From NCBI GenBank assembly GCA_964351495.1, contig CAYGOC010000001.1:129342-193341 (forward strand): DNA of 64,000 nucleotides, read 5' to 3'. The position numbers were made by a program, and so were the translations under genes. The notes beneath the pieces were generated by a model. That model saw only the letters and a program-made list of their open reading frames with translations. It was not told where the DNA came from and made no database searches. Source of the stretch: an uncultured bacterium. GTDB lineage: Bacteria; Chlamydiota; Chlamydiia; Chlamydiales; SM23-39. Below are positions 43,764 to 53,797 of this stretch, piece after piece (position 1 is the stretch's first letter; each line of letters starts with the position of its first letter).

Positions 43764-46072
43764 ATCCTGGATTTTTGCTTTTTTTTGGCAAAAAGAAGCA
43801 GTCTTTTTATTAACTCTTCCGAAGTAAATCCCCTCTCTTTCCAAAGAAGAGGAAATAGACTAATGGAGGTAAACCCAGGAAATGGATTTACTTCTAAAAA
43901 ACAAAACTTCCCCCAGTCATCTACAAAAAAGTCAATACGGGCTAACCCCTTTAAATTGGCTATTTCATATATTTTCTTGGCAAGTTCCCTTCCCTTTTCC
44001 ATCCACTCATGAGGAATTCTAGCGGGAACTTTTGTCAGCATAGGTTCTTTCCCATATTTTTTTTCATAAGAATAAAACTCTCCCCCATGTAAAACTTCTC
44101 CCCCTAGACTCACCTCTGTCTTTTCCAGCCCCATTACAGCAAATTCCACGATTTTTCCTTCAAAATGCTCCTCTACTACTAAAGCATCATCCATCGTAAA
44201 AACGGTCTCTATAGCCTCTTTTACCTCAGAAAGGCTTTTTACCGGAAATACTCCCAGACTCGATCCCAAATGAGCTCCCTTTACCCACAAAGGAAACAAA
44301 AGCTCTTTTTCTATCTTATCCAGAAAAACATCTTTTTTTTCTTCCCAGCTTACTTTAGAAAAAGAAACATACTTTGCCGTAAAGATCCCCTCTTTTTCCA
44401 CAACCGATTTGATCCACCCTTTATGCATACATAAAGACGATCCCTTATAACTGGCTCCTACATAAGGCAATCCTAATGTTTCTAAAAACCCCTGCATCAT
44501 CCCATCTTCTCCATAAGGGCCATGAAAGGCTGGGATAACAATATCGCAAGAAAGGAGCTCTTGTAAAATCTTTGGAGAAAAAGTAGCATTAGGGCTCCAC
44601 TTACCCTCTTTGCTCACAAAAAAAGACTGGGTAGAAAACCCTAGCTTTTGTACATTTTCCAAAAAAAAGGAAGCGGTATTACAAGAGATTTCATGCTCTT
44701 TTGATTTTCCTCCAAAACAAACCCCTACCTTCCAGGGTCTTATTTTAGGAAAAACTTCCTTGATAAAAGAACCCGAAAAAGAAGAGAGCTCTCCTGCGTT
44801 TAAAAGCACCACAACATCGTAAGGCTCTAGATAGCTGGCTAGCTTTTTTGTAAGATCCTTCTTAGCAAGATACGTAAACCCTTTTTCTTGTACTTTTTTT
44901 GCTAAGTTCCACCCCTTGGGCTTTTTTTGTCCCGCAGAAAACAAATCTGTGATCAAAGTATAATCTGCCTCTTGTAATGAGAGAAAAAAATCCTCTTCTA
45001 AAGCTTGAAATCGGGTATATCGGTGGGGCTCAAAAATGGCTACAACCCTTCTTGGATAGTAAGCCTTTTTTACAGCAGAAAGAGTTGCTTTAATCTCAGT
45101 TGGATGGTGAGCATAGTCATCGAAAAGGGTGATATACTGTGTGTCTACTTTATGCTCAAGCCTTCTAGATACGCCAGGAAAGGTTTTTATAGCCTCTTTT
45201 ACCTTGTCTTCCGGAAGTCCTAGTAAAAAACAAAGGGCAAACACAAATGCTACGTTTTCTCCGTTATGCTTTCCCATTAAAGGAGCTTCTATCGAAGAAA
45301 AAAGCCTTTTTTCAAAAGAGATATCCAAACAAAGTCTCCCCTCTTTCTCGGAAAAATTGTGTATGAAAAAGTGAGCCTTTTCATCATAGCCCAAAGAAAA
45401 TCCAAAAGGAGCTAGCTTCACTAAATTAGGGTGATACCCAAAAACGGTATATTTCGGATTTGCCTTTAAAAAAAACCGAGAAAAGGCCTCTTCTAATTTT
45501 TCATAGCTACCCCAAAATTCGAGATGGTCCTCTTCTAAATTGGTAATAATAGCCGCTTTACAAGGAAGTTTCAAAAAAGTACCATCACTCTCATCTGCTT
45601 CGGCAATAAAATAGCGCCCTTTCCCTAGCTTTGCATTGCTTTCTTTTTGTTTTAATTTTCCCCCTAACACATAAGTAGGATCAAGATTAAGCTGACAAAA
45701 AACCCAAGTAAGAAGGGAACTTACGCTAGTCTTCCCATGCGTCCCTGCTACTAAAATAGAGTCGTATCCTCCCATCAAAGAGGCTAAAAATTCGGCCCTA
45801 TGAAACGTAGGATATCCTTTTTTTCTCGCTTCTATAAGATGAGGGTGGCTTTTTTGTATGGCAGATCCATAAATAACCGTTTTTTGTTTTTCTCCTAAAA
45901 GGGCCTCTGCTTCTTTGTAAATTTTGGCCCCTTTTTTTTGTAAAATCTCGGTATACTCATTGGCACATCGATCTGATCCTTCTACTTGAAACCCTTTTTC
46001 CAAACAAATCTGCGCAAGAGCGCTAATACCCACTCCGGCAATCCCTAAAAAATGGTACTCCATACCTTTCAT
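43760..46072 (-). CDS. murC-ddl: Bifunctional UDP-N-acetylmuramate-L-alanine ligase / D-alanine-D-alanine ligase
   Basis: 770 aa. N-terminal MurC (HFLGIAGVGISALA, GTHGKTS) plus a C-terminal Ddl ATP-grasp (FHGPYGEDGMMQG, EVNPFPGFT). This fusion is a chlamydial hallmark. Confidence 0.95.
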   Translation of the reverse strand: MKGMEYHFLGIAGVGISALAQICLEKGFQVEGSDRCANEYTEILQKKGAKIYKEAEALLGEKQKTVIYGSAIQKSHPHLIEARKKGYPTFHRAEFLASLMGGYDSILVAGTHGKTSVSSLLTWVFCQLNLDPTYVLGGKLKQKESNAKLGKGRYFIAEADESDGTFLKLPCKAAIITNLEEDHLEFWGSYEKLEEAFSRFFLKANPKYTVFGYHPNLVKLAPFGFSLGYDEKAHFFIHNFSEKEGRLCLDISFEKRLFSSIEAPLMGKHNGENVAFVFALCFLLGLPEDKVKEAIKTFPGVSRRLEHKVDTQYITLFDDYAHHPTEIKATLSAVKKAYYPRRVVAIFEPHRYTRFQALEEDFFLSLQEADYTLITDLFSAGQKKPKGWNLAKKVQEKGFTYLAKKDLTKKLASYLEPYDVVVLLNAGELSSFSGSFIKEVFPKIRPWKVGVCFGGKSKEHEISCNTASFFLENVQKLGFSTQSFFVSKEGKWSPNATFSPKILQELLSCDIVIPAFHGPYGEDGMMQGFLETLGLPYVGASYKGSSLCMHKGWIKSVVEKEGIFTAKYVSFSKVSWEEKKDVFLDKIEKELLFPLWVKGAHLGSSLGVFPVKSLSEVKEAIETVFTMDDALVVEEHFEGKIVEFAVMGLEKTEVSLGGEVLHGGEFYSYEKKYGKEPMLTKVPARIPHEWMEKGRELAKKIYEIANLKGLARIDFFVDDWGKFCFLEVNPFPGFTSISLFPLLWKERGFTSEELIKRLLLFAKKKQKSRI

Positions 46073-47127
46073 GTTCCTTGGTTTCGAATTAATTCTACAA
46101 TCAAATGGGATAGACTTTTCCCATTTTGCTGTTCTTTAAATGTGTGTATCTGACTTTGATAGTAGTCTCTCTTGTTTTTTATTTCTAAAAGAGTCTCTGC
46201 CACCTTATCTGGAGTACTTTCTTCCTCTAAAAGCATCTTTCCCCCTTTTACCTTTTCACAAAAGAAAAGAGCATTTTTCTTTTGATGCTCTCCGGCAAAA
46301 GGATAAGGGATGAATAGAGTGGGTTTTTCATAAAAAATCACTTCAGAAAGAGTAGAGGCGCCGCTTCTGGCTATAACAATATCTGCTTTTTGATAAAAAG
46401 AAGGCATATCCTTTTCAAAAGAAGAAACACAGGCTTTTATTTTTTTCTCTTTATAAAAATCTGAAGGGTCCTGTTTGCCCCCTGTTATATGAAATATAGA
46501 AAAGATAAGCCCCTTTTCTTGTAAAAGAAGAAAGCTGTTGGGAAGGATCTCATTTATTGCTTTAGCTCCTTGCGATCCCCCAAATACTAAAAAGGTAAGA
46601 CCTCTTTGTTTTTTTTTCGTAAGGGGGGATAAAAAAAACCATGAAAGAGGCTTTATAGAAACGGTGCGATATCCCTTCTCTTCCGAAAAAGGCATCGCTA
46701 AAACATCCGCTTTTTTGGCAAAAAATTTATTTACCCTTCCTAGACTGCAGTTTGGTTCCAATAAAACAAGAGGAACCTTTTTTAGATAGGCTGCTAATAA
46801 AACAGGAAAGCTATGAAAGCTCCCCATCCCTACCACTACAGAAGGCCTTTTTTGTTTTATGAGCCGTAAACAAAACCAGAGGGACTTCCCTAAGATAGCA
46901 ACGGCTTTGAAAAACCCTTTTGAAAAATTACAGCTGTTTACTTCTTGAAAAGAAAACCGATTTCTAGAAAAAAAAGGATTTTTTGTTAAGCCGGCTCCTA
47001 TAAAAAGGATTTTCTTATCCTCTTTTTCTAAAAGGGACGCTAGCTGCTCTGCCGGGAAAACATGCCCCCCTGTTCCTCCTACCGCAATCCAAATAGTCTC
47101 CGGTTTTTTCTTAAGAAACTTTTTCAT
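46069..47127 (-). CDS. murG: UDP-GlcNAc:lipid I GlcNAc transferase
   Basis: GGTGGHVFPA N-terminus, ARSGASTLSE, and dcw context. Confidence 0.92.
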   Translation of the reverse strand: MKKFLKKKPETIWIAVGGTGGHVFPAEQLASLLEKEDKKILFIGAGLTKNPFFSRNRFSFQEVNSCNFSKGFFKAVAILGKSLWFCLRLIKQKRPSVVVGMGSFHSFPVLLAAYLKKVPLVLLEPNCSLGRVNKFFAKKADVLAMPFSEEKGYRTVSIKPLSWFFLSPLTKKKQRGLTFLVFGGSQGAKAINEILPNSFLLLQEKGLIFSIFHITGGKQDPSDFYKEKKIKACVSSFEKDMPSFYQKADIVIARSGASTLSEVIFYEKPTLFIPYPFAGEHQKKNALFFCEKVKGGKMLLEEESTPDKVAETLLEIKNKRDYYQSQIHTFKEQQNGKSLSHLIVELIRNQGT

Positions 47128-48226
47128 GTAGCTCCTTTTTTCTCTTAAGAGGAAAGGCTATGGAGTATAAAAGAAAAAAAGCACAAAAATTCATGAGCAA
47201 AGAGCTTCCTCCTTGAGAAAAAAAAGGAAGAGTCGTCCCTTTACTAGGGAGCAAGTTAGAAACAACTCCTAAGTTTAAAAAGGCTTGGAATACAATTAAA
47301 AAGGTAAGAATCGAAGCTAGGTAAAAATCAACAGAAGTTTTTGACCTCAAAGCAATCTGAAATCCGGAATAGGCTATCCCCATATATAAAAAAAGCATAA
47401 TACAAATCCCAAAAAACCCTGTCTCTTCTGCATAAATAGCCGCTATATAATCACTTCTTGCAGCAGGAAGATAGTTTAGTTTTTGAAAAGACTCCCCGAA
47501 GCCTTTTCCCCAAATTCCTCCGGACCCTGCAGCAATTTTAGACTGATGCGGTTGATGCCCTTTTCCTTTTAGATCAAGCTCCGGATGAAGATATCCTTGT
47601 ATCCGGTTGGATACATGGGGCATGTTATACGCTAGGGAAATGGCTACAAGACAAAGCGCCGTAAGAGGCACCATCCAATATCTTCCTTTGACTCTAGAAA
47701 GAAATAAAAGCACTACCAAAGTTACCAAAATTAAAGCAGCAGAACCATTGTCGGGCTCCATTAATATAAGTAAGATAGGAACCGATAAAGGCGCCAAAAC
47801 ATAGAGTAACTCCTTAAGCTGAATCTGTTCTTTTTTCTCCTGTATCTTGTAGATAAAATAAAAAGGGATAATCAACTTAGCCCCTTCAGACGGTTGAAAA
47901 GAAGCCCCAAAAAAAGAGATCCATCTTCTAGCTCCATTAATTTTTTGCCCAATAGGGGGAACAAAAACAAGCAGTAGAAAAATAGATAAAACCCATAAAA
48001 GATGAGGACTATATTTTAAAAGAGTTTCATGCCCTATCTTATATAAAAAAAAGCCTAAGATAAGCCCTGATAAACCATAAAGAAGCTGCCTTAAAAAAGC
48101 TTCTTGTAAATTGGTCCTTAAAGATTTATCTAAAATTTCGGCAGAGGTGATGTTAAAAACCATCACAAGCCCGATAGAAAAAAGAAGGAAAATGCAACTA
48201 GCAAGCAAAAAAAAAGAGCGTCTCAT
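47111..48226 (-). CDS. ftsW: SEDS-family peptidoglycan polymerase FtsW/RodA
   Basis: 371 aa and polytopic. SFQPSE..K, LPAARSDYIAAIYAEETGF and LPFFSQGGSS motifs. Confidence 0.9.
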   Translation of the reverse strand: MRRSFFLLASCIFLLFSIGLVMVFNITSAEILDKSLRTNLQEAFLRQLLYGLSGLILGFFLYKIGHETLLKYSPHLLWVLSIFLLLVFVPPIGQKINGARRWISFFGASFQPSEGAKLIIPFYFIYKIQEKKEQIQLKELLYVLAPLSVPILLILMEPDNGSAALILVTLVVLLFLSRVKGRYWMVPLTALCLVAISLAYNMPHVSNRIQGYLHPELDLKGKGHQPHQSKIAAGSGGIWGKGFGESFQKLNYLPAARSDYIAAIYAEETGFFGICIMLFLYMGIAYSGFQIALRSKTSVDFYLASILTFLIVFQAFLNLGVVSNLLPSKGTTLPFFSQGGSSLLMNFCAFFLLYSIAFPLKRKKELHEKVS

Positions 48227-48230
48227 ACTC

Positions 48231-48926
48231 TTAGCGAATGCGCAATTTATCTCCCGGCTTTAGCCTTTTAGCTTTCTTTTCATCCAACTGGTTCAATCTT
48301 AAAAGATCTTCTACTTTCATATGATGCTTCATGGCAATAGTCCAGGGATTATCTCCACTTTTGACTAGATAAAACCCCGGCTCTTCTTTTTTCTTTTCTA
48401 CTTTCAAAGGGTTTGGATGCGTTGGCTTTTTCTCTTGTAAAACTTCTTGTTTTAAGGGGATTTTAAGTGTTTGCCCTATTTTTAAAAATCCTGTTGGAAG
48501 GTTATTCGCTCTTTGTATTGCCTCTACAGAAGCACCATATCTTTTTGCCAGTTTTTCTAAGTTATCTCCCGGCTCTACCCGAACGATCTGTTCTGAAAGC
48601 GGTTTTTCTGCAAAATGCTCTTTTTCTGATGCCGGCTCTTGTACTAAAGCGGTTTTTTTCTCAGCCAAAGCCTCTTCTTCTTTCTTGTTTTCTATAGGAG
48701 GCAGTTTGTGAATTAGATCTTTTAAGGGACTCTCTTCTTCTCTTTCTCTATCTTTTGCTAAAAGGCTTTCTTTAGATTCCAAACGTTCTACTTTATCTGG
48801 AGTAATGTCTGCTAAAGAGGATCCCGTTTTAGAGCTGGGAGCATCTGTGATTGCGGTCACAAAAAGAAGCGTTAAAAGAGAAGCATTTACAAGTATAGCT
48901 ACTAAAAGCGTATGTTTTTTTGTCAT
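48231..48926 (-). CDS. Membrane-anchored protein with two LysM domains (in the nlpD slot of the dcw cluster)
   Basis: N-terminal TM, then two LysM repeats (VEPGDNLEKLAKRYGASVEAIQRANNL...GQTLKIP and YLVKSGDNPWTIAMKHHMKVEDLLRLNQL...GDKLRI). No M23 HxxxD/HxH motifs are visible. ATGA overlap with the murD stop. Confidence 0.8.
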   Translation of the reverse strand: MTKKHTLLVAILVNASLLTLLFVTAITDAPSSKTGSSLADITPDKVERLESKESLLAKDREREEESPLKDLIHKLPPIENKKEEEALAEKKTALVQEPASEKEHFAEKPLSEQIVRVEPGDNLEKLAKRYGASVEAIQRANNLPTGFLKIGQTLKIPLKQEVLQEKKPTHPNPLKVEKKKEEPGFYLVKSGDNPWTIAMKHHMKVEDLLRLNQLDEKKAKRLKPGDKLRIR

Positions 48927-50116
48927 GATAAAGACCCCTCTTGCATCCATTGTTGCACAATTTTTATAAAAACCTCTCCTCTTTCTTCAAAGTTTTGAAA
49001 TTGATCAAAACTACTACATCCAGGAGAAAGGAGAACTGTCTCCCCTTCTATAGCTTCCAAAATGGCTGTTCTTACAGCCTCCTTAAAGCAGGAAAAGAGT
49101 GCTACCTCCAATTTGGATTGTAAAACGGTTTGGATTTTTTCTGCAGCAAAACCGTACGCATACACTTTTTTTATAGATGGTACAAGATTTTCCTTCCAGG
49201 AAAGAAAAGAAGACCCCTTGTCCATCCCCCCCACAATAAGGCGCAAAGGGGAAGAAAATTTTTTTATAGCAAATAAAACAGCCTCTTCATTGGTTGCTTT
49301 ACTGTCGTTATAAAAAAGGACTCCTTTTTTCTCACCTACATACTCTAAACGGTGTTTTGGTTTTGGAAACGTTTTAAGGCTTTCTAAGAAAAGGTCTTTC
49401 TCTATATTCCAATGCTTTGAGATCTCCCAAGCCCCCTTTATAGTCTCTTCTGACATGTCTTCTCTTACATAAGAAAGAGGAAGTTTTTCCGGAAAAAAAG
49501 ATCCCTTAGGGAAAAGATGTTTCCACTTTTTATCCGTCCATAAAATACCCGAGGGTTTTAAGCAAGACGCAATCTTTTTTTTCGCATTGGCATAGTTTTC
49601 TATCGTCTTATGCCAGTCTAGATGATTCGGATATAAATTTAAAAAAAGAGCATAGTCGAAAAAAGCCCCCTTTAACGGTTCTAGTTGAAAAGAGCTAATC
49701 TCTAATAACAGGATTTCTCCCTTTTTAGGACTATAGGCACAAAAAGGCTCTCCTACGTTACCGAGAGCTTTTGCATAAAAGCCTGCTTTCTTAAATAGGT
49801 ACTCTAGAAAAAGAGTAGTGGTAGTTTTCCCATTACTTCCTGTAATGGCAATGACGGTTTCTCTATTTTCTGAAAGACCGAGCTCAATTTCAGAGGTAAG
49901 AGGGATATTTTTTCGCACAGCTTCTTTTAAAATAGCATGAGATCTTTCTACCCCGGGAGAAACCACTACTTTTTCTATCGATTTCCACTCTATTTTAGGA
50001 AGATGCCCTTTCTTATCATCGTAGATTAGTGTCTTTTTATTCCTTTTTTGTAAAAACGCTTCCGCGGCTTTTCCACTGACTCCATATCCTAGAATGAGAA
50101 ATTGTTTTTCCATCAT
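48923..50116 (-). CDS. murD: UDP-N-acetylmuramoylalanine-D-glutamate ligase
   Basis: LILGYGVSGKA and ITGSNGKTTT. The start at the MM pair (50116) overlaps the mraY stop; the ORF is open to 50170. Confidence 0.92.
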   Translation of the reverse strand: MMEKQFLILGYGVSGKAAEAFLQKRNKKTLIYDDKKGHLPKIEWKSIEKVVVSPGVERSHAILKEAVRKNIPLTSEIELGLSENRETVIAITGSNGKTTTTLFLEYLFKKAGFYAKALGNVGEPFCAYSPKKGEILLLEISSFQLEPLKGAFFDYALFLNLYPNHLDWHKTIENYANAKKKIASCLKPSGILWTDKKWKHLFPKGSFFPEKLPLSYVREDMSEETIKGAWEISKHWNIEKDLFLESLKTFPKPKHRLEYVGEKKGVLFYNDSKATNEEAVLFAIKKFSSPLRLIVGGMDKGSSFLSWKENLVPSIKKVYAYGFAAEKIQTVLQSKLEVALFSCFKEAVRTAILEAIEGETVLLSPGCSSFDQFQNFEERGEVFIKIVQQWMQEGSLS

Positions 50117-51309
50117 TGAAACTTCAAAGAAGCAAGTCCTATTAAAGAAAGAAAAAGACCGATAATCCAAAAACGAAGAACTACCTTCGTCTCAGGCCAT
50201 CCTCTATATTCAAAATGGTGATGCAAGGGAGCGCATAAAAAAACCCTTTTTTGATTCCGATAACGAAAGCTCAAAACTTGTATGATAACGGAGAGAGCCT
50301 CCACTACAAACATCCCTCCCACCAAAGCCAAAAGAAATTCTTTTCGTAAAAGAACAGAACAAACCCCTAAACTTCCCCCTAAAGCCAAAGAACCCGTATC
50401 TCCCATAAACACTTGTGCCGGATAGCCGTTATACCACAAAAAACCTAAGGAAGCCCCTGCCATAGCCGTTAAAAACACCGCAATTTCTCCGCTTCCTTCA
50501 ACATATAAAATGTTTAAATACCTAGCTATTTGTATGTTATTGGTAAAAAAGGCAATGACGGCAAAAGTAGAGCACGCTAAAACTAAAAGCCCTGCTGCAA
50601 GGCCGTCTAATCCATCTGCTAGATTAACTGCATTAGAAGAGCCCGTTACAACAAACAAAATGAGAAAAAAAAGAAGAAAGACAAAAGGACCCTGCAAACT
50701 AAGAACAGGTTTTTTCATAAAGGGAAGGTAAATCTTACTAGCATATTCTTCTGTGTTTAAAGAGCTCTTTTCTTTGGAAGAGACAAACTCTTTAGCCTGG
50801 GGAGCTTTTACCCAAGAGACCCATTCTGTAAAAGATGGACAAAGAAGGTAGAGTGACAACAGAGAAGCAAAAAGAATTTGCACTAACAATTTTTTCTTAG
50901 GAGCGATCCCTTTTGCGTTCTTTCTTTTTAGCTTCCAAAAATCATCTAAAGCTCCGAGCATACCAAAAGTAACAAGGCTTCCTAGTAAAATCCAGGTAAA
51001 AGAATGGGTAAGGTCCATAAACAAAAACAAAGAAACCGCTATAGAAGATAGAATTAATACTCCTCCCATCGTAGGTGTATCTTGTTTTTTCCCATGAAGC
51101 TGATACAGCTGCGGGCACTCTTTTTCATTTCGTATAGGCTGTCCTATACGAAGAGCATAAAGTCTCTTTATAAACGGCTTTCCTAAAAAAATCGTAAGTC
51201 CTACGCTAAAAAGAGCCGCAAAGATCATTCTGGTGGAATAGTAGCCAAATACAGAAGGGATAGAGATTCCCCATCTACTATGAAAAAAAGAAAGCAAAAA
51301 AAGAAGCAT
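50113..51309 (-). CDS. mraY: Phospho-N-acetylmuramoyl-pentapeptide transferase
   Basis: PTMGG, NAVNLADGLDGLA, MGDTGSLALGG and PLHHHFE motifs. Confidence 0.96.
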   Translation of the reverse strand: MLLFLLSFFHSRWGISIPSVFGYYSTRMIFAALFSVGLTIFLGKPFIKRLYALRIGQPIRNEKECPQLYQLHGKKQDTPTMGGVLILSSIAVSLFLFMDLTHSFTWILLGSLVTFGMLGALDDFWKLKRKNAKGIAPKKKLLVQILFASLLSLYLLCPSFTEWVSWVKAPQAKEFVSSKEKSSLNTEEYASKIYLPFMKKPVLSLQGPFVFLLFFLILFVVTGSSNAVNLADGLDGLAAGLLVLACSTFAVIAFFTNNIQIARYLNILYVEGSGEIAVFLTAMAGASLGFLWYNGYPAQVFMGDTGSLALGGSLGVCSVLLRKEFLLALVGGMFVVEALSVIIQVLSFRYRNQKRVFLCAPLHHHFEYRGWPETKVVLRFWIIGLFLSLIGLASLKFQ

Positions 51310-51320
51310 CTCTACAGCTC

Positions 51321-52625
51321 TTATACCCGTTTTTGTAACTCTTCTACTAGGGTTTCCATTTTATAAAATCTGGCACCCTTTATCAAAATAATATCTTCTC
51401 CTGACAAAAGGGGAGAAAGCTTTTCTAAAAGGGCTTTTTTTTCTGAAAAAAGGAAGACTGTATCCCCTTGAAAAGCTTCATATGCTTTTCCTAAAAGAAA
51501 GACATAATCTACTGTTTCTTTCGCTTTTTTCACAATTTTTGCATGAAGCTCTTCTGAAAAACTTCCCAGCTCTTTCATTTCTGATAAAATAGCTATTTTC
51601 TTGCCCTTCCCGTTAGCATTGGGCATATTTTCTAAAGAGGCTTCTACGGAGGCAAAACTAGCATTATACGTATCGTTAATTAAAAGCCCTTTTTTGAAAG
51701 GAATCTTTTCAAATCTCCCCGGAAGACTTTCTTTTAGTAAAAAGGGAATTTTCTCTTTTATTGCTTCTTGGGAGACTCCTAAAGATCTCACAAGAGCATA
51801 TGCTGCTAAAAAGTTATACTGTAAAAAGCTTTCTTCATAGGGAAAAGAAAAGAGAAAGGATCTTTCTTCTTCTATAATCTCTCCTTTTTTCTTCAAAAAG
51901 AAAGAGGCGGTAGGATCTTTTTCAGAAAAGCTAATATAGGGCTTTTCCACCTCCACAGTAAAAGGCTTAGGAGCTACAAGCACTTCTGTTTTATCATAAG
52001 AAAAAATCATTTTTTTTTCTTCTGCTATATCCCGAAGCCCTCCTGGAAAATTTTCTGCATGCGCATAGGTGATTTTAGTTATCAACGAGGCAAATGGCTC
52101 TACCAGCTCTGTTAAAATAGCAATATCCCCTTTTTTTCTCATGCCGAGCTCTACAACAAAGTACTCTCTATCTTCTCGGTTTAAAAGAGCCAGTGGAAGG
52201 CCTATTTCTGTATTGTAGTTTTTAGGGCTCATCCCCACTGAAAAAGAGTCCTTCAAAAGAGTGTATACGAAGGCTTTTGTGGTAGTTTTTCCTACTGACC
52301 CTGTAATAGCTATAACCTTAGTAGGAAAACGCTCTAGGGATTTTTTTGCCAAGAAAAGAAGGGCCTCTTTTACCTTTTTTACCCGAATCAAAAAAAGACC
52401 GAAAGAGTCTCCTCTGTAATTTTCCTGGACAACAGCTGCTAATGCTTTTTTTTTAGCTACCTCTGATAAGTGCAGGTGCCCATCAGTTCTCTCTCCAGGC
52501 AGCGCAAAGAATATACTTTGGGGAAAAACCTCTCTACTGTCGATACAAAACCCAGAAAAAGGCCCCTCAAAAGGAAGGCCTATCCCAAGTTCTTTTACAA
52601 CTTCTTGAATAGAAGAAAAGGGCAT
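51321..52625 (-). CDS. murF: UDP-MurNAc-tripeptide-D-alanyl-D-alanine ligase
   Basis: ITGSVGKTTTK P-loop, NDTYNAS and dcw context. Confidence 0.92.
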   Translation of the reverse strand: MPFSSIQEVVKELGIGLPFEGPFSGFCIDSREVFPQSIFFALPGERTDGHLHLSEVAKKKALAAVVQENYRGDSFGLFLIRVKKVKEALLFLAKKSLERFPTKVIAITGSVGKTTTKAFVYTLLKDSFSVGMSPKNYNTEIGLPLALLNREDREYFVVELGMRKKGDIAILTELVEPFASLITKITYAHAENFPGGLRDIAEEKKMIFSYDKTEVLVAPKPFTVEVEKPYISFSEKDPTASFFLKKKGEIIEEERSFLFSFPYEESFLQYNFLAAYALVRSLGVSQEAIKEKIPFLLKESLPGRFEKIPFKKGLLINDTYNASFASVEASLENMPNANGKGKKIAILSEMKELGSFSEELHAKIVKKAKETVDYVFLLGKAYEAFQGDTVFLFSEKKALLEKLSPLLSGEDIILIKGARFYKMETLVEELQKRV

Positions 52626-52695
52626 AAAATTCTCTTTTTAAAAGACAATCTATCCCTTTTTTTCTTAAAAAGAAAAGTGTTAAATTTTGTATACT

Positions 52696-53730
52696 TTAAG
52701 AGACGTGCTCTATTAAGCACCTGTGAACTTTTCTTAAGAAAGCTGTTTCTTTTTCTAAAAAGCTCTCTTCTTCTATTTGTAGAGTATTTTGAGCTCCTAA
52801 ATCACGAAAACAAGGAACAGGAATCCCCCTTTTTGCAAAAACAGTAGAAAGTCCCAAATGAAAGAAACACCTTGCGTAAACCTGCACAAGTTTTGAGCTT
52901 CTAAATAGGGATGAAAAAAGAAAAGGAAAAGCAACAAGAAGGCCTAAATATGAAAAAAGGCCTAACGCTATATTTATCAGCGTAGAAGAGCTTCTCTTTT
53001 TCGATAAAGCTAAAGATTTCTCTGCAGATTTTAGTAAAACTCCTACTTCTTCCTGGCTCTCTACCGAAAAACCTGAATAGTTTTTTTGAAAATTCTGTAG
53101 GATTCGCTCTTTTTGCTGCTCTTTATAAGAATCTCCATGTGCTGCAAGAATAGTCTCTTTTGCACTACAAGCAACAAAGCGGTGTATTTGATATACTAAA
53201 GAAGAAAAAATAGTGTACAAAGCTAGCATTTTATAAGAGCGGAGTACCTCTTTTGGTGAAGAAAGAGGAGTACACAAAATGCCCAACACGAAAACAGCTA
53301 AACGGGAAATGTTGACAGCTAAAAGCTGCCAAGAAATAACATTCGGCAGTAAACGAGGATCTTCTTTTAAAAGATAACGATTTACAAACTGCTGATAATC
53401 GGGATTCTCCTCTAAAACTACTGTTTCAAAACTTGTTAAAACAGCTCGTAACTTGTTAGATACAGTATAGTCTTCCTTATAGTCTTCCTTAAAGGGTTGT
53501 GTAATATTTTTAAGCCCCCCTTGTGGGTTAGAATCTGCATACTTTTTTAAAGTAGCCCCTATACCTTCAATGGTCCTCTTAAAAATTTCGTGCTCATCTG
53601 CTGTTGTATCAATACAAAGCCCTAAAAAGTGAACTACCTGTAAGGAGGCCTGTAATTGAGTGACTGTGGAAACCATAACATCCCTTTGTCGAAAGGGATC
53701 TATTTTAATAAAATCTTTACAAATTAGCAA
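52696..53730 (-). CDS. Hypothetical membrane protein (344 aa)
   Basis: Several hydrophobic segments (LAVFVLGILCTPL; LALYTIFSSLVY; INIALGLFSYLGLLVAFPFLFSSLF). No recognised domain. Confidence 0.5.
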   Translation of the reverse strand: MLICKDFIKIDPFRQRDVMVSTVTQLQASLQVVHFLGLCIDTTADEHEIFKRTIEGIGATLKKYADSNPQGGLKNITQPFKEDYKEDYTVSNKLRAVLTSFETVVLEENPDYQQFVNRYLLKEDPRLLPNVISWQLLAVNISRLAVFVLGILCTPLSSPKEVLRSYKMLALYTIFSSLVYQIHRFVACSAKETILAAHGDSYKEQQKERILQNFQKNYSGFSVESQEEVGVLLKSAEKSLALSKKRSSSTLINIALGLFSYLGLLVAFPFLFSSLFRSSKLVQVYARCFFHLGLSTVFAKRGIPVPCFRDLGAQNTLQIEEESFLEKETAFLRKVHRCLIEHVS

Positions 53731-53797
53731 TAAGTTTTAACTAGCTCACAACCAAATAGATAAGCGCTTATTTTTGTAGACCTACCTCTAAAGCTCC

